Of a stretch of DNA of 64,000 nt, positions 10,934 through 22,180 are shown piece by piece (within the stretch, counting starts at the first letter, position 1; every line of letters starts with the position of its first letter). The translations under genes and the position numbers were made by a program. The stretch spans positions 1-64,000 of the forward strand of contig CAWCMR010000021.1 in the NCBI GenBank assembly GCA_963796685.1, written 5' to 3'. Origin of the DNA: an uncultured delta proteobacterium (GTDB lineage Bacteria; Myxococcota_A; Polyangia; Fen-1088). Below the pieces are notes generated by a model. The model had not been told where the DNA came from. It was given only the letters and a program-made list of their open reading frames with translations, and made no database searches.

Positions 10934-11874
10934 TAGGAATGCCCCTCCATGGCGACGCCGAGCGAAACCGGCTGTCCGTTGGCCAGCGGGGAACGATCGA
11001 CGAGCTGGTCGGCGAGCGACTGCATCTCGACGCGCACGACGGGATCGAGCTTACGCAGCCACTCACGCGGAATCGCCTCGAGACCATAGTAGGCACCTGC
11101 GATGGCGCCGACAATGGCGCCGGTGGTGTCGGCATCGCCGCCTTGGTTCACGGTCGCAATCAGGCACTCCTCGAAGGAGGAAGTGGCGAAGAGAAAGTGA
11201 AGCACTGTCTGCATGGTATCCACCACGTAAGCGGTTGACAGCGCATGGTACGGGTCGTAGTGAAACTTTGGGAATTGCGTGACCGTCGCGTCCGCCTGCC
11301 GCCGCAGGCGGTGCATGGCATGTCCGATCAGCGCAAGCTGGATGAGCCGTCCCACCAAGATGCACGCAGCGTCCGAGAGGGGATGGTGGTGGGTGATGTG
11401 CGCCTGCTCGATGGCCAGCACTCCCAGCAACTGCTCGTTGGCCAGCGCGGCCAGGGCAATCGGTGCCATGCGCATGACCGCGCCGTTGCCCGCATCGCCT
11501 TCGTTAAGCGGGCCATGAACGGTCCCGTGCGTGATGAAGCGCGCGATACCGCGCCGGCAGGTATTGCCGATGTCGGGCGGCCGCGAGCGATACCAGGCCA
11601 CGAAGCGCTGGGCGATATCCGTGGGCGAAAAGCCCACGTCGACAATCGAACGCGCGATACACAGCGACATCTGGGTGTCGTCGGTGACTTCGCCCGGCCG
11701 CAAGCGCAGCCAGCCGCCACCGGTGAGCTTGCGGTGAACGCCGTGCTTGGACCTGATCTCCGAGGCGGTCATGAGCTCCACCGTGGCGCCAAGAGCATCG
11801 CCTATGGCCAGCCCGAGCAGACTGGCCCGTGCACGCTGGCGCACGTCTGGAAGATGAGTCAGGTACGCAGTCAC
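10933..11874 (-). CDS. draG: ADP-ribosyl-[dinitrogenase reductase] glycohydrolase
   Basis: GDALGATVE, VTDDTQMS, DIGNTCRRGI, GNGAVMR, VNQGGDADTTGAI. Confidence 0.95.
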   Translation of the reverse strand: MTAYLTHLPDVRQRARASLLGLAIGDALGATVELMTASEIRSKHGVHRKLTGGGWLRLRPGEVTDDTQMSLCIARSIVDVGFSPTDIAQRFVAWYRSRPPDIGNTCRRGIARFITHGTVHGPLNEGDAGNGAVMRMAPIALAALANEQLLGVLAIEQAHITHHHPLSDAACILVGRLIQLALIGHAMHRLRRQADATVTQFPKFHYDPYHALSTAYVVDTMQTVLHFLFATSSFEECLIATVNQGGDADTTGAIVGAIAGAYYGLEAIPREWLRKLDPVVRVEMQSLADQLVDRSPLANGQPVSLGVAMEGHS

Positions 11875-11883
11875 GCAGCCATT

Positions 11884-13248
11884 TCACAGGTAGGAAAAGC
11901 CGATGGGGGAGCTGTTTTGCTTTGCTTCGAGCAGGGTGTTCACCACGCCGTCGAAAAGCTGCATCGTACCCCGGTAGCCCACGTGAAGCACACGGCCTGC
12001 TCCCAGCCGATCATGGATAGGAAAGCCTACCCGCATGAGCGGCACACCAAGGGCGCGCGCCACGCGATAGCCTTTACTGCTACCGATCAGCAGCTCGGGC
12101 TCGAGACGCTGGCAGGCCGCCTCGATGGCGCCGTAGTCCGTGTCTTCCAGCAATTCCTCGACGGCGCCTGCGGGCAGGTCTTCCACAGCGGCTCGCAATG
12201 CCCGATTGCGCGCTCCGGTAGCACACAGCACGGGCCGGGCGCCGATCTCGGCGAGAAATCGCGCCAGTCCGGCCACCAGCTCCGGATCGCCGTACAGCGC
12301 GACCCGCTTTCCGAACACGTATTTGTGACCATCGGCATACGCATCGAGCAGGCGTCCCCTTTCCTTGTGCAGCCATTCGGGGGTCTCGCGCCCCGAGAGC
12401 TCGGCCAGGGCATCGCAAAAGGCGTCGCTGGCGCGCACGCCGATGGGCAGGCCCAGCGTTCTCGCCTCGCAGCCTCGCTCGGCCAACAGCGCGCCGGCCC
12501 GCGGGGCCTTGCCGGTCAGGGTCAGATCCAGGGTCGCCAGCGCCCGCGGCATGGCGGCGATGTCCTCGATGCTCGAACCGCCATCCGGCAGCGGGCAGTA
12601 GTGGTCAAGAATGACTCCGTCGAGAGTGTCGGAGTAGTCCGGCAGGATGACCGGCGGCAGATCGTAGGCCTCCGCGATCTCGCGCAAGTGGCGCAAGTCC
12701 GCGGGCGAGAGGATGGGCGGCAGGAGGTTCACCGTCCGCGTCTTGGGTCCGCCTTGGGTGGCCAGCGCCTCCACCAGTGCGCGCACCATGGCGTGAAAGC
12801 CCTCCACGTGCCCATCCTTGAAGCTGGGGGTAGAGGCCGAGACCACCGGCAGGTGCGGGTGGGGCTTTTCATCGTAACTGCGCAGGAGCCGTCCGATGTC
12901 TTCGCCGATGGTCTCGGCCAAACAGGTCGTCGCCACGGTGACCAGCTTGGGCTGATACTGCCGGGCCACATTGTCGAGAGCGCGGTGCAAATTCGATTCG
13001 CCGCCAAAGACCGTCTGCGACTCGCCGAAGCTGGAGGAGGCCACATCCATGGGCTCTCGAAAATGACTGATGAGATAGCGGCGGATGTAGGTCGCGCAAC
13101 CTTGCGCGCCGTGGAGCAACGGTACGGTATCGCGCACGCCCACGCTGGCCAGGGCGGCCCCGAGCGGCGCGCACAGGGTGCAGGGATTCACGGTGGCTCC
13201 GCCAGACGTCGAGTGGGTGGGTTCCTCCTGCTCGACGACGCAACTCAT
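11884..13248 (-). CDS. nifN: Nitrogenase FeMo-co scaffold subunit NifN
   Basis: NPCTLCAPLGA, HGAQGCATYIRRYLISHFREP, GFPIHDRLG; ATG overlaps the nifE stop. Confidence 0.9.
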   Translation of the reverse strand: MSCVVEQEEPTHSTSGGATVNPCTLCAPLGAALASVGVRDTVPLLHGAQGCATYIRRYLISHFREPMDVASSSFGESQTVFGGESNLHRALDNVARQYQPKLVTVATTCLAETIGEDIGRLLRSYDEKPHPHLPVVSASTPSFKDGHVEGFHAMVRALVEALATQGGPKTRTVNLLPPILSPADLRHLREIAEAYDLPPVILPDYSDTLDGVILDHYCPLPDGGSSIEDIAAMPRALATLDLTLTGKAPRAGALLAERGCEARTLGLPIGVRASDAFCDALAELSGRETPEWLHKERGRLLDAYADGHKYVFGKRVALYGDPELVAGLARFLAEIGARPVLCATGARNRALRAAVEDLPAGAVEELLEDTDYGAIEAACQRLEPELLIGSSKGYRVARALGVPLMRVGFPIHDRLGAGRVLHVGYRGTMQLFDGVVNTLLEAKQNSSPIGFSYL

Positions 13249-14621
13249 GGCGCCACCGCCTTGCTCTTCACTGCCCGAGCCGCTTTGCGCGGCATCAGAG
13301 ACCAGATGGGGCTCGTGGCGGTGGCGTGGATCTCGCGCGCGAAGGAAACCGCACCCTCGAACCCGGCCAGTGGAATCTTGCGCTCGTGGTTGTGGTCGCA
13401 GAACCCCAGGCCGAGCTTGTAGGCGATGGGGCGCTCCTTGACCCCGCCGATGAACACGTCGATGTCCTGCTCGACGAGGAAATTCGCCAGCTCGAGCGCG
13501 TTGGTGTCGTCGACGATGATGGTGTTCTCGTCGCACACTGCCTGCAGCTCCTCGTATTCCTCGCGGCTGCCGGTCTGCGTGCCCGCCAGCGCCACGGTGA
13601 CGCCGAGCTGGCGCAAGGCCCGCACCAGCGAAAAAGCCTTGAAGGCGCCGCCCACGTACAGGCCGGCGCGCTTGCCCTGCAGAGCCTTCTTGAATTCCTT
13701 GAGGGCCGGCAACACCTTGCCGAGCTCGGTGCGCACCAGCTCTTGCGCCCGCTTCAACACAGCCGCGTCGCCGAGTTTTTCCGCCACCTCGTAAAGCGCA
13801 TGCGCCGTGTCCTCGATGCCGAAGAAGGACACGCGAATGAATGGGATGCCGTACTTCTCCTCCATCGCCTTCGCCAGCGGCGTCATCGAGCCCGCGCACT
13901 GGACCACGTTCAAACGCGCGCCGTGGGCCCGGCGGATCTCGTCCACACGGCCGTCGCCCGTCAGCACGGACACGACCTCCACACCCATGCGCGCGAAGTA
14001 CTCTTTGATGATCCAGCTCTCGCCGGCGACGTTGAAGTCGCCCATCAGATTGATCGACAGCGGCCCGACCTTGTCGACGTCCCCTGTTCCGATGAGCTCC
14101 AACAAAGCGCGCGTGGCCGCGCTGTAGCCGTCGCGCTTGGTACCGCGAAAGCCTTCCGCCATCACGGGGACGACCGGAATTCCAACCTCGGCCGCCACCC
14201 GCTTGCACACGGCGGCGACATCGTCGCCGATGACCCCGACCACGCAGGTCGCATAGACGAAGGCCGCCTTGGGCGAATAGCGCGCGACAAGAGCGCGCAA
14301 GGATTCCTCCAGGCGCTTCTCGCCGCCCAGCACGATTTCGCGCTCGCGCAGGTCCGTGGAACAACTGATGCGATGAAGCTCCGGGCCCGAGGACAAGGCG
14401 CCGCGAATGTCCCAGGTGTAGGCGGCGCATCCAACTGGCCCGTGCACCAGGTGCAACGCGTCGGCGATGGGATACAGCACCACGCGCGAGCCGCAAAAGG
14501 TACAGGCGCGCTGGCTGACCGAACCGGCCGCGCTGGCCTTGTTGCAAGTCACCTCGACGGTGGCGAGCTTGCTCGTGCGGATGACTTGGCCTGCCCTGTC
14601 GTCCAGCACCTTGAAGCTCAT
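13245..14621 (-). CDS. nifE: Nitrogenase FeMo-co scaffold subunit NifE
   Basis: QRACTFCGSRVVLYPIADALHLVHGPVGC, GDFNVAGE, VQC, DHNHER. Confidence 0.93.
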   Translation of the reverse strand: MSFKVLDDRAGQVIRTSKLATVEVTCNKASAAGSVSQRACTFCGSRVVLYPIADALHLVHGPVGCAAYTWDIRGALSSGPELHRISCSTDLREREIVLGGEKRLEESLRALVARYSPKAAFVYATCVVGVIGDDVAAVCKRVAAEVGIPVVPVMAEGFRGTKRDGYSAATRALLELIGTGDVDKVGPLSINLMGDFNVAGESWIIKEYFARMGVEVVSVLTGDGRVDEIRRAHGARLNVVQCAGSMTPLAKAMEEKYGIPFIRVSFFGIEDTAHALYEVAEKLGDAAVLKRAQELVRTELGKVLPALKEFKKALQGKRAGLYVGGAFKAFSLVRALRQLGVTVALAGTQTGSREEYEELQAVCDENTIIVDDTNALELANFLVEQDIDVFIGGVKERPIAYKLGLGFCDHNHERKIPLAGFEGAVSFAREIHATATSPIWSLMPRKAARAVKSKAVAP

Positions 14622-14642
14622 GACGTCCCTTTCCGATCCCTT

Positions 14643-14978
14643 TCAGGTTACTTCCGCCCGGGGGCCTACCCGCCGCAAGCGGTCCACCGCCACCACATCC
14701 TGGGAGCGACGCATTCTAATGATGGGATCGACCTCGCTGCCACCGCGCGCGTACAGCGCGTGCGTCCGTTCTAGGGCGGAGGCATACAGCGGTAGACGAT
14801 CCTCTTCGCAAAGCGGCGGATTGCGCCCTTCCAGGACCTCTACCTCCCGGCCGAAGCGCTTGAGGATGCCGATGCGATGCGCCGCCAGCAGCGCCGGATC
14901 GAAGGCCACATCGAGCAGCGCGAAGAGCTCCTCGGCGGCCTCGATGTGGTCAATCGCCTGGTAAAGGTCCGTGGCCAT
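14643..14978 (-). CDS. nifW: Nitrogenase-stabilising protein NifW-like
   Basis: AEELFALLDVAFDPALLAAHRIGILKRF resembles the NifW core; position inside the nif operon. Confidence 0.75.
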   Translation of the reverse strand: MATDLYQAIDHIEAAEELFALLDVAFDPALLAAHRIGILKRFGREVEVLEGRNPPLCEEDRLPLYASALERTHALYARGGSEVDPIIRMRRSQDVVAVDRLRRVGPRAEVT

Positions 14979-15250
14979 CAGGCGACCATCGGTTCGAAGC
15001 TGAAGGCCTTCTTGTTGCACGTGCGGCCGCACGCTTCGCAGCCGATGCAGCTCTCGGGGTTGACCACCGACGCGAACATCTTGGCCGATTCCTCTTCATC
15101 GACTTCCTTGGGTGCCAGGACCCCATGGGCGCAGATCTTCATGCAGCGTCCGCAGCCGATGCACTTGTTGTCATCCACCGCTTTGACATATTTCGGGGTC
15201 CATTCTTGCCGACCTCGGGTGAGTCCAGTGACGTATCCCATGCCTTGCAT
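14978..15250 (-). CDS. fdxB: Nif-specific 2[4Fe-4S] ferredoxin III
   Basis: WTPKYV, CIGCGRCMKIC and CIGCEACGRTC motifs. Confidence 0.9.
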   Translation of the reverse strand: MQGMGYVTGLTRGRQEWTPKYVKAVDDNKCIGCGRCMKICAHGVLAPKEVDEEESAKMFASVVNPESCIGCEACGRTCNKKAFSFEPMVA

Positions 15251-15256
15251 TCCTTT

Positions 15257-15665
15257 CTATTCCTCATCCATGTCTTCGATGTGTCTGCGGCGAGGAGCCG
15301 CACCCAGTGTCTTGGCCAACCACGGCGGAAGGTCGCCGCGCAGCACGTATTGAAGCTTTCCAACCATTTCGGAAACGGGGGTCTCGACCTGCGTCTTCAT
15401 GGGGTGAATGTGGCGCGCGACCAGCTTGGCTGCCGCGGGCCCACCGATCTGCAGCGTGCATACGATGGAGCAGCCGGCCAGAGCCGTCGCGCGCGCGGTG
15501 ATTCGACCCTCCCCCGCCTTGTCGTCGTCGACCTCGTCCGGCCAGTCCACCTTGCCCACGCACTCGGCGCGATCCGGTTCGATGTCCCACAGGTAAAAGG
15601 CGGTCGAGCTTCCCGAAGTGCTCGTTGATCCGCTCTCCATCGCTACTGGTGAATGCAACCTTCAT
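15257..15665 (-). CDS. nifX: NifX; frameshift near 15610
   Basis: MKVAFTSSDGERINEHFG continues in another frame as FYLWDI...QIGGPAAAKLVARHIHPMK...PPWLAK. Confidence 0.88.
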
Positions 15666-15683
15666 CTGCTTGTGCTCCGTCCA

Positions 15684-17153
15684 TCAGCGCATGATTTCGA
15701 AGTGACGGTCGTCGCACGTCTCGTCCACGATATCGATGAACTTGTTGCAGATCTCGGTCAGCATGTTGATGGCGCCCTGGTAGCCGATAATTGGCCGCCT
15801 GTGCAGGTTGACCCGATCGAAGATGGGGAACCCGAATCGGAAGAGCGGGATCTTGGCGTCATGGGCGATCTGTTTGCCATGCGTGTCGCCAATGATTCCA
15901 TCCACCATGTCGGTCATGATCAGGGAACGCAGGTGCCACAAGTCCTTGTTCATGTAGACTTTGCTCGTCTTGCCGAAGGGAGAGGCGTCGAGCAACGCGT
16001 GTAGCTCTCGTTCGAGCTTCTTCGAGCCCTTGGAACAAATAATGTGCTGCGGCGTGGCTCCCATCTCGAGCAGGAACGAGACATAGCCGAGCAGATAGTC
16101 GGAATCCCCGTAAACCGCGAACTTCTTGCCGTGCATGTACTGGTGGGCGTCCGTCATGGCATCCACCGCGCGTCCACGCTCGGCCTTGAGCTCCGGCGGC
16201 ACGGGCTTGCCGAAAAGCTCCGAGAGCTTCATCAGGAAGGCATCGGTCTTGGCGATGCCCATGGGCATGGGCATGGAAACGTTCTCGCCCGTGTATTGCT
16301 CCTTGAGCCACACAAAGGTCTTGGAGGTGGCAAAGGGTGCCACGGTGACGGTGGCCTTTCCGTTGATGGAATCCGCGGCCTCTTGCAGGGAGGTTCCCCC
16401 CGGATAGGGGCGGTAGGTGCCATCGTTGGGCGAGTCGAAGGTGTCGGAGATGTCGGCAAGGAAGGTGTAGGGGATTCCGAAGCTCTCGAAGATCTTCTTG
16501 TACTCGCGGTAGTTGCCGGTGTTGGCATCGAAGCCCGCGATGAAGTTGAGCTTGCCGGTGCAGCGCCCCTCGACGGCCTTGTCCTCGGTGAGGGTTTGCA
16601 GGATGCTCATCAGCATGACGTCGTAGCCATGCACGTGGCATCCGCTGAAAGACGGCGTGTTGGCAAAGGGCAAAAGAAAGTCCTTGGGAATGCAGCCCTT
16701 CTGCCGGGCATTCCCAATGAAGGACCTGAGGTCGTCGCCGATGACCTCGGGCATGCACGAGGTGAAAACCGCGATCATCTTCGGTTTGTAGAGGGTGTAG
16801 GCGTTCTCCAGACCCTCGTGCAGGTTGTTCTGGCCGCCGAACACCGCGCCGTCCTCGGTCATGGAACTGGAAACCGCGGGCGATGGCTCACGGAAATGCC
16901 GGTTGAAGGTCGAACGGTAATACGAGGTGCACCCCTGAGCGCCGTGCACGAAGGGCAAGGTTCCCTCGAAGCCGGCGGCCGCGAGATACGCGCCCAGCGG
17001 CTGGCAGGCGTGGGCGGGATTGACCACCAGGGCCGTGCGCGCAAAGTTTTTCTGCTTGTAGTCCTCGGTGCCGAGCCATTCGAAAACACGTTTCTCATCT
17101 TCGTGAGATATCTCGGTCACGGGCTTGACGGGCAGGTCTAGATCGTTGGACAT
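15684..17153 (-). CDS. nifK: Nitrogenase MoFe protein beta chain
   Basis: NPAHACQPLG, HGAQGC, SSSMTEDGAVFGG, CMPEVIGDD, GFPIFDR. Confidence 0.97.
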   Translation of the reverse strand: MSNDLDLPVKPVTEISHEDEKRVFEWLGTEDYKQKNFARTALVVNPAHACQPLGAYLAAAGFEGTLPFVHGAQGCTSYYRSTFNRHFREPSPAVSSSMTEDGAVFGGQNNLHEGLENAYTLYKPKMIAVFTSCMPEVIGDDLRSFIGNARQKGCIPKDFLLPFANTPSFSGCHVHGYDVMLMSILQTLTEDKAVEGRCTGKLNFIAGFDANTGNYREYKKIFESFGIPYTFLADISDTFDSPNDGTYRPYPGGTSLQEAADSINGKATVTVAPFATSKTFVWLKEQYTGENVSMPMPMGIAKTDAFLMKLSELFGKPVPPELKAERGRAVDAMTDAHQYMHGKKFAVYGDSDYLLGYVSFLLEMGATPQHIICSKGSKKLERELHALLDASPFGKTSKVYMNKDLWHLRSLIMTDMVDGIIGDTHGKQIAHDAKIPLFRFGFPIFDRVNLHRRPIIGYQGAINMLTEICNKFIDIVDETCDDRHFEIMR

Positions 17154-17182
17154 GATGAGCTCCGCAAATTCGGCAAATTCGG

Positions 17183-18631
17183 TTAGAAGGGCGCCTTGAC
17201 GAGTTTCCAGGTGGGGCTATTGACAGCCATGTCGATGTCCCGGGCAAAGGTGGGAAAGCCCTTGTAGGCGTGGTAGGGACCCGAATAGTCCCAGCTGTGC
17301 ATCTGACGAAATGGAATGCCCATTTTCTGCAACAGGTACTTTTCCTTGATACCGCTGCCCACCAGGTCGGGTTTCAGGGTGTGGACGAATTGCTCCAGCT
17401 CGTATTCGCTGACGTCGTCGTAGATCACGGTCGCTTCCGGCATTTCCGGGGCCGTCCGTTCATAGTCGTCGTTGTGCGCAAACTCATAGCCCGATCCCAC
17501 GACATGCATGCCCAGATCCTCGTAGGCGCTCACGGTGTGCCGCGGACGCAGGCCGCCGACGTAAAGCATCACCTTCTTGCCTTCAAGGCGTGGCCGATAC
17601 TCCTCGATCACCTTCTGCATCTCGGGATCGTACTTGGCGATGGCGGCCTCGACCTTTTCCTTGATGTTGTCGTCGAAGCGCTCGGCAAGCTTGCGGAGGC
17701 TTGCTTTGATCTTGGTAGGACCGAAGAAGTTCAGCTCCAACCATGGGATATGGTACTTCTCCTCCATCACGCGGGCCATGTAGTTCATGGAGCGGTAGCA
17801 GTGGATGACGTTCAGCTTCACCATGTGTGTGGCTGCGATGTGCTCGATCTGACCGTCGCCAGTCCAGACAGCCTTGACGTTGAAGCCGCACTCTTCCAGC
17901 AGCGGCTTGACCGACCATGCATCACCGCCGATGTTGTACTCACCGATGAGCGCGATGTCGTAGGGACCAACCGGCTCCGTGAACTCGCGCGTCCCGATGA
18001 CATAGTCGCGAATCGTGTCGTTCGAGATGTGGTGGCCGAGCGACTGGCTGACTCCGCGAAAGCCCTCGCAATTGCACGGGATGATAGGGAGGTCCAGTTC
18101 CTTCGACATCGTGCGCGCCACCGAGTTGATGTCGTCACCAATGAGCCCGACCGGGCATTCCGATAAAACGGAGATTGCCTTGGCCAGGGGAAAGAGCTCT
18201 TTGGTTTCCCGCAACAGTTGAGCAAGTTTCTTATCACCCCCGTAGACGATGTCCTTCTCCTGAAAGTCGGAGGTCAATTGCATGGCAAAGTTGGAAACGC
18301 CATTCACGCCGGACACGAGGTTTCGGCGCGTGCCCCAGGAGTACCAGCCGCAGCCCACGGGACCGTGCGAGATGTGGGCCATGTCGCCAATGGGTCCCCA
18401 CACCACGCCCTTGGCGCCGGCATAGGCGCAACCGCGTGCGCTCATCACACCGGGGATGGTCTTCCGATTGGATTTTACACACGCCGATGTGGCTTCGGGA
18501 TCATTGGGCGCCAGGTGGGGTTCCCGCTTTTTGCGAGCCTTCTCGGGATAGACCTCAAGCGCCTTGTCGATCATGGCCTGGGTCGACTCGCGGGTGATGC
18601 CTTCCACGGTTTTCTTCACATCGGCGGACAT
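17183..18631 (-). CDS. nifD: Nitrogenase MoFe protein alpha chain
   Basis: [52 protein letters not shown]; 482 aa, no large Group II insertion. Confidence 0.97.
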   Translation of the reverse strand: MSADVKKTVEGITRESTQAMIDKALEVYPEKARKKREPHLAPNDPEATSACVKSNRKTIPGVMSARGCAYAGAKGVVWGPIGDMAHISHGPVGCGWYSWGTRRNLVSGVNGVSNFAMQLTSDFQEKDIVYGGDKKLAQLLRETKELFPLAKAISVLSECPVGLIGDDINSVARTMSKELDLPIIPCNCEGFRGVSQSLGHHISNDTIRDYVIGTREFTEPVGPYDIALIGEYNIGGDAWSVKPLLEECGFNVKAVWTGDGQIEHIAATHMVKLNVIHCYRSMNYMARVMEEKYHIPWLELNFFGPTKIKASLRKLAERFDDNIKEKVEAAIAKYDPEMQKVIEEYRPRLEGKKVMLYVGGLRPRHTVSAYEDLGMHVVGSGYEFAHNDDYERTAPEMPEATVIYDDVSEYELEQFVHTLKPDLVGSGIKEKYLLQKMGIPFRQMHSWDYSGPYHAYKGFPTFARDIDMAVNSPTWKLVKAPF

Positions 18632-18656
18632 GGTTACTTCTCCTTCGTAGGAACAA

Positions 18657-19565
<909 letters not shown>

Positions 19566-19589
19566 CTAATCTCTTCAGCCCGGGACTAC

Positions 19590-19605
19590 TGCAACAGGAA
19601 TGCCA
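19590..19605 (-). promoter_or_regulatory. Sigma54 (-24/-12) promoter of nifH
   Basis: Minus strand TGGCATTCCTGTTGCA, GG and GC separated by exactly 10 nt, about 65 bp upstream of the nifH ATG. Confidence 0.85.
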
Positions 19606-19698
19606 GCTTCGAAATGGCGATATCTCGCCGGTCTGTCCCGGCGCCGCTCGACAAGATCCGCGAATGTCGACGTGATTCCGACGAGATTGTCGATGATT

Positions 19699-19727
19699 GT
19701 AGGGGCGGGTTTGAAACCCGCCCCTAC
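19699..19727. repeat. GTAG-family REP palindrome
   Basis: GTAGGGGCGGGTTTGAAACCCGCCCCTAC, a perfect inverted repeat bounded by GTAG/CTAC. Confidence 0.8.
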
Positions 19728-19787
19728 GAAGTCCCTTCACACCATTCCTTCGCTGCCTCCGGCCGCGCCCCTGCGCCGCGGGCCAGG

Positions 19788-21416
19788 TCAGCGCACTGTG
19801 GTGCGCGTTCGCCGGGTGGGCGCGATGAGCGCCATCTCGATGCCGAACTTGCGGATCTTGTAGCGCACGATGCGTTCTCCCACGCCCAGCTCCCGCCCTG
19901 CCGCACTCACGTTGCCGCCCGCACGCTTGAGCGCATCGACCAGCATGTCCCGTTCGAGCTGGGCCACGTTCGAGCGTAGGGTTCCGTCGCTGTTGGGACG
20001 CAGCGCCGCCGGCATCTGCAAGGTCGGCGGCAGATCTCGACCGTGGATGACTCCGTCCCGCGAGAGCAGCACCGCATGCTCGACGCAGTTTTCGAGCTCG
20101 CGAATATTCCCCGGCCAGTGGTACGCCATCAGCATGTTGATGGCGCTGGTGGTGATGCGGCGAATGGGCTTGCGCATCTTCTCGGAGAACTTCGCGCTGA
20201 AATGGTTGGCCAGCGCCAGAACGTCATCCTTGCGCTCGCGTAGCGGGGGCAAGAACACGGGAAACACGTTGATTCGATAGAACAGATCGGCGCGAAAGCG
20301 GCCGTCCTTCATCAACGCTTCGAGGTCGCGGTTGGTCGCGGCCACGATCCGCACGTCCACGTGCACGGTCTTGTTGCTACCCACGCGTTCGAATTCCCGT
20401 TCCTGAATCGTGCGCAGCAGCTTCACCTGCACGGTGGGCGAGAAGTCGCCGATCTCATCGAGAAACAAGGTACCGCCGTCGGCTTCCTCGATCCGCCCGG
20501 CGCGCGCGTGCAGCGCCGAGGTGAAGGCGCCCTTCTCGTGTCCGAATAGCTCGCTTTCCAGCAAGCCCTCGCTCAGTGCCGAGCAGTTGACTTTCACGAG
20601 GGACGCGCCAGAGCGCCCGCTGAGGTAGTGAATCGCGGCGGCCACCAGCTCCTTGCCGGTTCCGGATTCTCCGCGGATAAGCACGGTGGTATCCGCCTCC
20701 GCGACCTGCCGGATTCGCTCGTAGACAAGATGCATGGGCGCCGAATCGCCGACCATGTTTTCCGGCCGTGACGACAACTGCAACTCGGACAGCAATCGCT
20801 TGCGTTGGTCTTCGAGGGCGGCGGTCTCGGCACGCATCTCCCGTCGGCGCTTGATGTCGTTGGCGATCAGCCCCGCCACGATGCTCAGTACCTTTTCCGC
20901 GTCCTGCAACAGATCGAGGTCCTGCCTCGGCAGGTCGACCGACAACGTCCCCACGTTCTCCTGTCCGATGGTGACCGGCAAGGCGACGAAGCTCCACCCC
21001 TTGCCGTCGATGTTCGCGTCCTTGCGTTGGTGCACCCGGTCTTGAAACCGCGGCTCCTCCTCGATACTGGGAATGATGAGCGACTTCCCGGTTTCGATCA
21101 CCCTGCCGAGGATCCCTTCACCGCGACGGTAGCGCGCGTCATCGCTGGGATGGGTTTCCGAGGGCCGCAGTGCTTCGACGAAGAGCTCGGTCCCGTCGGG
21201 TGAGAGCAACATGACCGTGGCGCGCCGCATGTCCAGCCGCTCTTCCAGGACGCGCAGGATTTCGCGCAGGATGTCCTCCTGGGAGCCGGTTCGGGCCAAC
21301 GTGCGCGCCACCTCGGCCAGCGCGTTCAGCGACTGCACGTGGCGCCGGGAGCCCGCGCGGCAGATGTGGCAGGGGTCGTTTGAAGGGCGGAGCAAATCCT
21401 CTGAGAGAAGGGTCAT
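19788..21416 (-). CDS. nifA: NifA-type sigma54 activator (GAF-AAA+-HTH)
   Basis: N-terminal [42 protein letters not shown]-terminal HTH; directly upstream of nifH. Confidence 0.85.
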   Translation of the reverse strand: MTLLSEDLLRPSNDPCHICRAGSRRHVQSLNALAEVARTLARTGSQEDILREILRVLEERLDMRRATVMLLSPDGTELFVEALRPSETHPSDDARYRRGEGILGRVIETGKSLIIPSIEEEPRFQDRVHQRKDANIDGKGWSFVALPVTIGQENVGTLSVDLPRQDLDLLQDAEKVLSIVAGLIANDIKRRREMRAETAALEDQRKRLLSELQLSSRPENMVGDSAPMHLVYERIRQVAEADTTVLIRGESGTGKELVAAAIHYLSGRSGASLVKVNCSALSEGLLESELFGHEKGAFTSALHARAGRIEEADGGTLFLDEIGDFSPTVQVKLLRTIQEREFERVGSNKTVHVDVRIVAATNRDLEALMKDGRFRADLFYRINVFPVFLPPLRERKDDVLALANHFSAKFSEKMRKPIRRITTSAINMLMAYHWPGNIRELENCVEHAVLLSRDGVIHGRDLPPTLQMPAALRPNSDGTLRSNVAQLERDMLVDALKRAGGNVSAAGRELGVGERIVRYKIRKFGIEMALIAPTRRTRTTVR

Positions 21417-21562
21417 GCCAACGACAGTGCGAGTGCTCGCGCCCCGGTTGACTCGAAGCAGGCTTCACGCATGGGATCGACTGTATCCGGAAGCTTGTAA
21501 GCGGACTGTTTCGTTTGCGTGAATGCTTCGCGCCAGTGAACGGCGCGACGGCGACGCTTCGA

Positions 21563-22072
21563 TCATTGGCAGCGCTTGAGGACGGCCAGCGTGAATTCCT
21601 TTGCATACTCGAGCGCAGCGTCCGAACGGTCGTCGATGGAGACCTCGATGCAGTACCTTCCGACATACGCTTCGGCCGCGTACGCGTTCGGCAGACCCAG
21701 GTCGACGACGGCGGCGTCCGGAAGGCTGGCGATCTGCGCACGCGAAACCGGAAGGTCGAAATTGAAGAGCGACTGTGCGCCATCCGAATTCCCCATGTCG
21801 TGAATGGCGACCTGGACGCTGTCGTCATCGGTGTCGTGATGGTAGGAAGCGTATGCGCTGCCGACCCAACCACGATCGATGTATTTGGCGGCGCCACCGT
21901 CGATCTGATTGTAGAGCTTGGTGTCGGTGTCGACCACCACCGGGGACCCGTCAAGCATCCAGGTGTCGATCTCGTTGTTGGCCGGAAGTCGAGACGCCAA
22001 TGAAGGCGGGCCGCACCCCGGCGACAGCAAAAGCACGATGGTGGCTGCAGGCAAGAGCAGGATGGTGCGCAT
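21563..22072 (-). CDS. Lipoprotein, DUF6599-like
   Basis: MRTILLL...SPGC lipobox; LYNQIDGGAAKY and IHDMG motifs. Confidence 0.55.
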   Translation of the reverse strand: MRTILLLPAATIVLLLSPGCGPPSLASRLPANNEIDTWMLDGSPVVVDTDTKLYNQIDGGAAKYIDRGWVGSAYASYHHDTDDDSVQVAIHDMGNSDGAQSLFNFDLPVSRAQIASLPDAAVVDLGLPNAYAAEAYVGRYCIEVSIDDRSDAALEYAKEFTLAVLKRCQ

Positions 22073-22180
22073 GGCGGCCTCCTCGCAACAGTGGAGAGAA
22101 CAGCGACAGCTTGCTCCTTGTTGGGGGCCAACGCAACCGCCCAAACCCGGCCATGGAACAATGGCTTCCCTGCGGCCCTT

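Noticed and set aside
11884-14547. 887-aa ORF suggesting a NifEN fusion
   Set aside because: The N-terminal half is off-frame to nifE; nifE has its own stop and nifN its own ATG at 13248.
17164-17181. GCAAATTCG tandem duplication between nifD and nifK
   Set aside because: Only two 9-bp units; no evident function.
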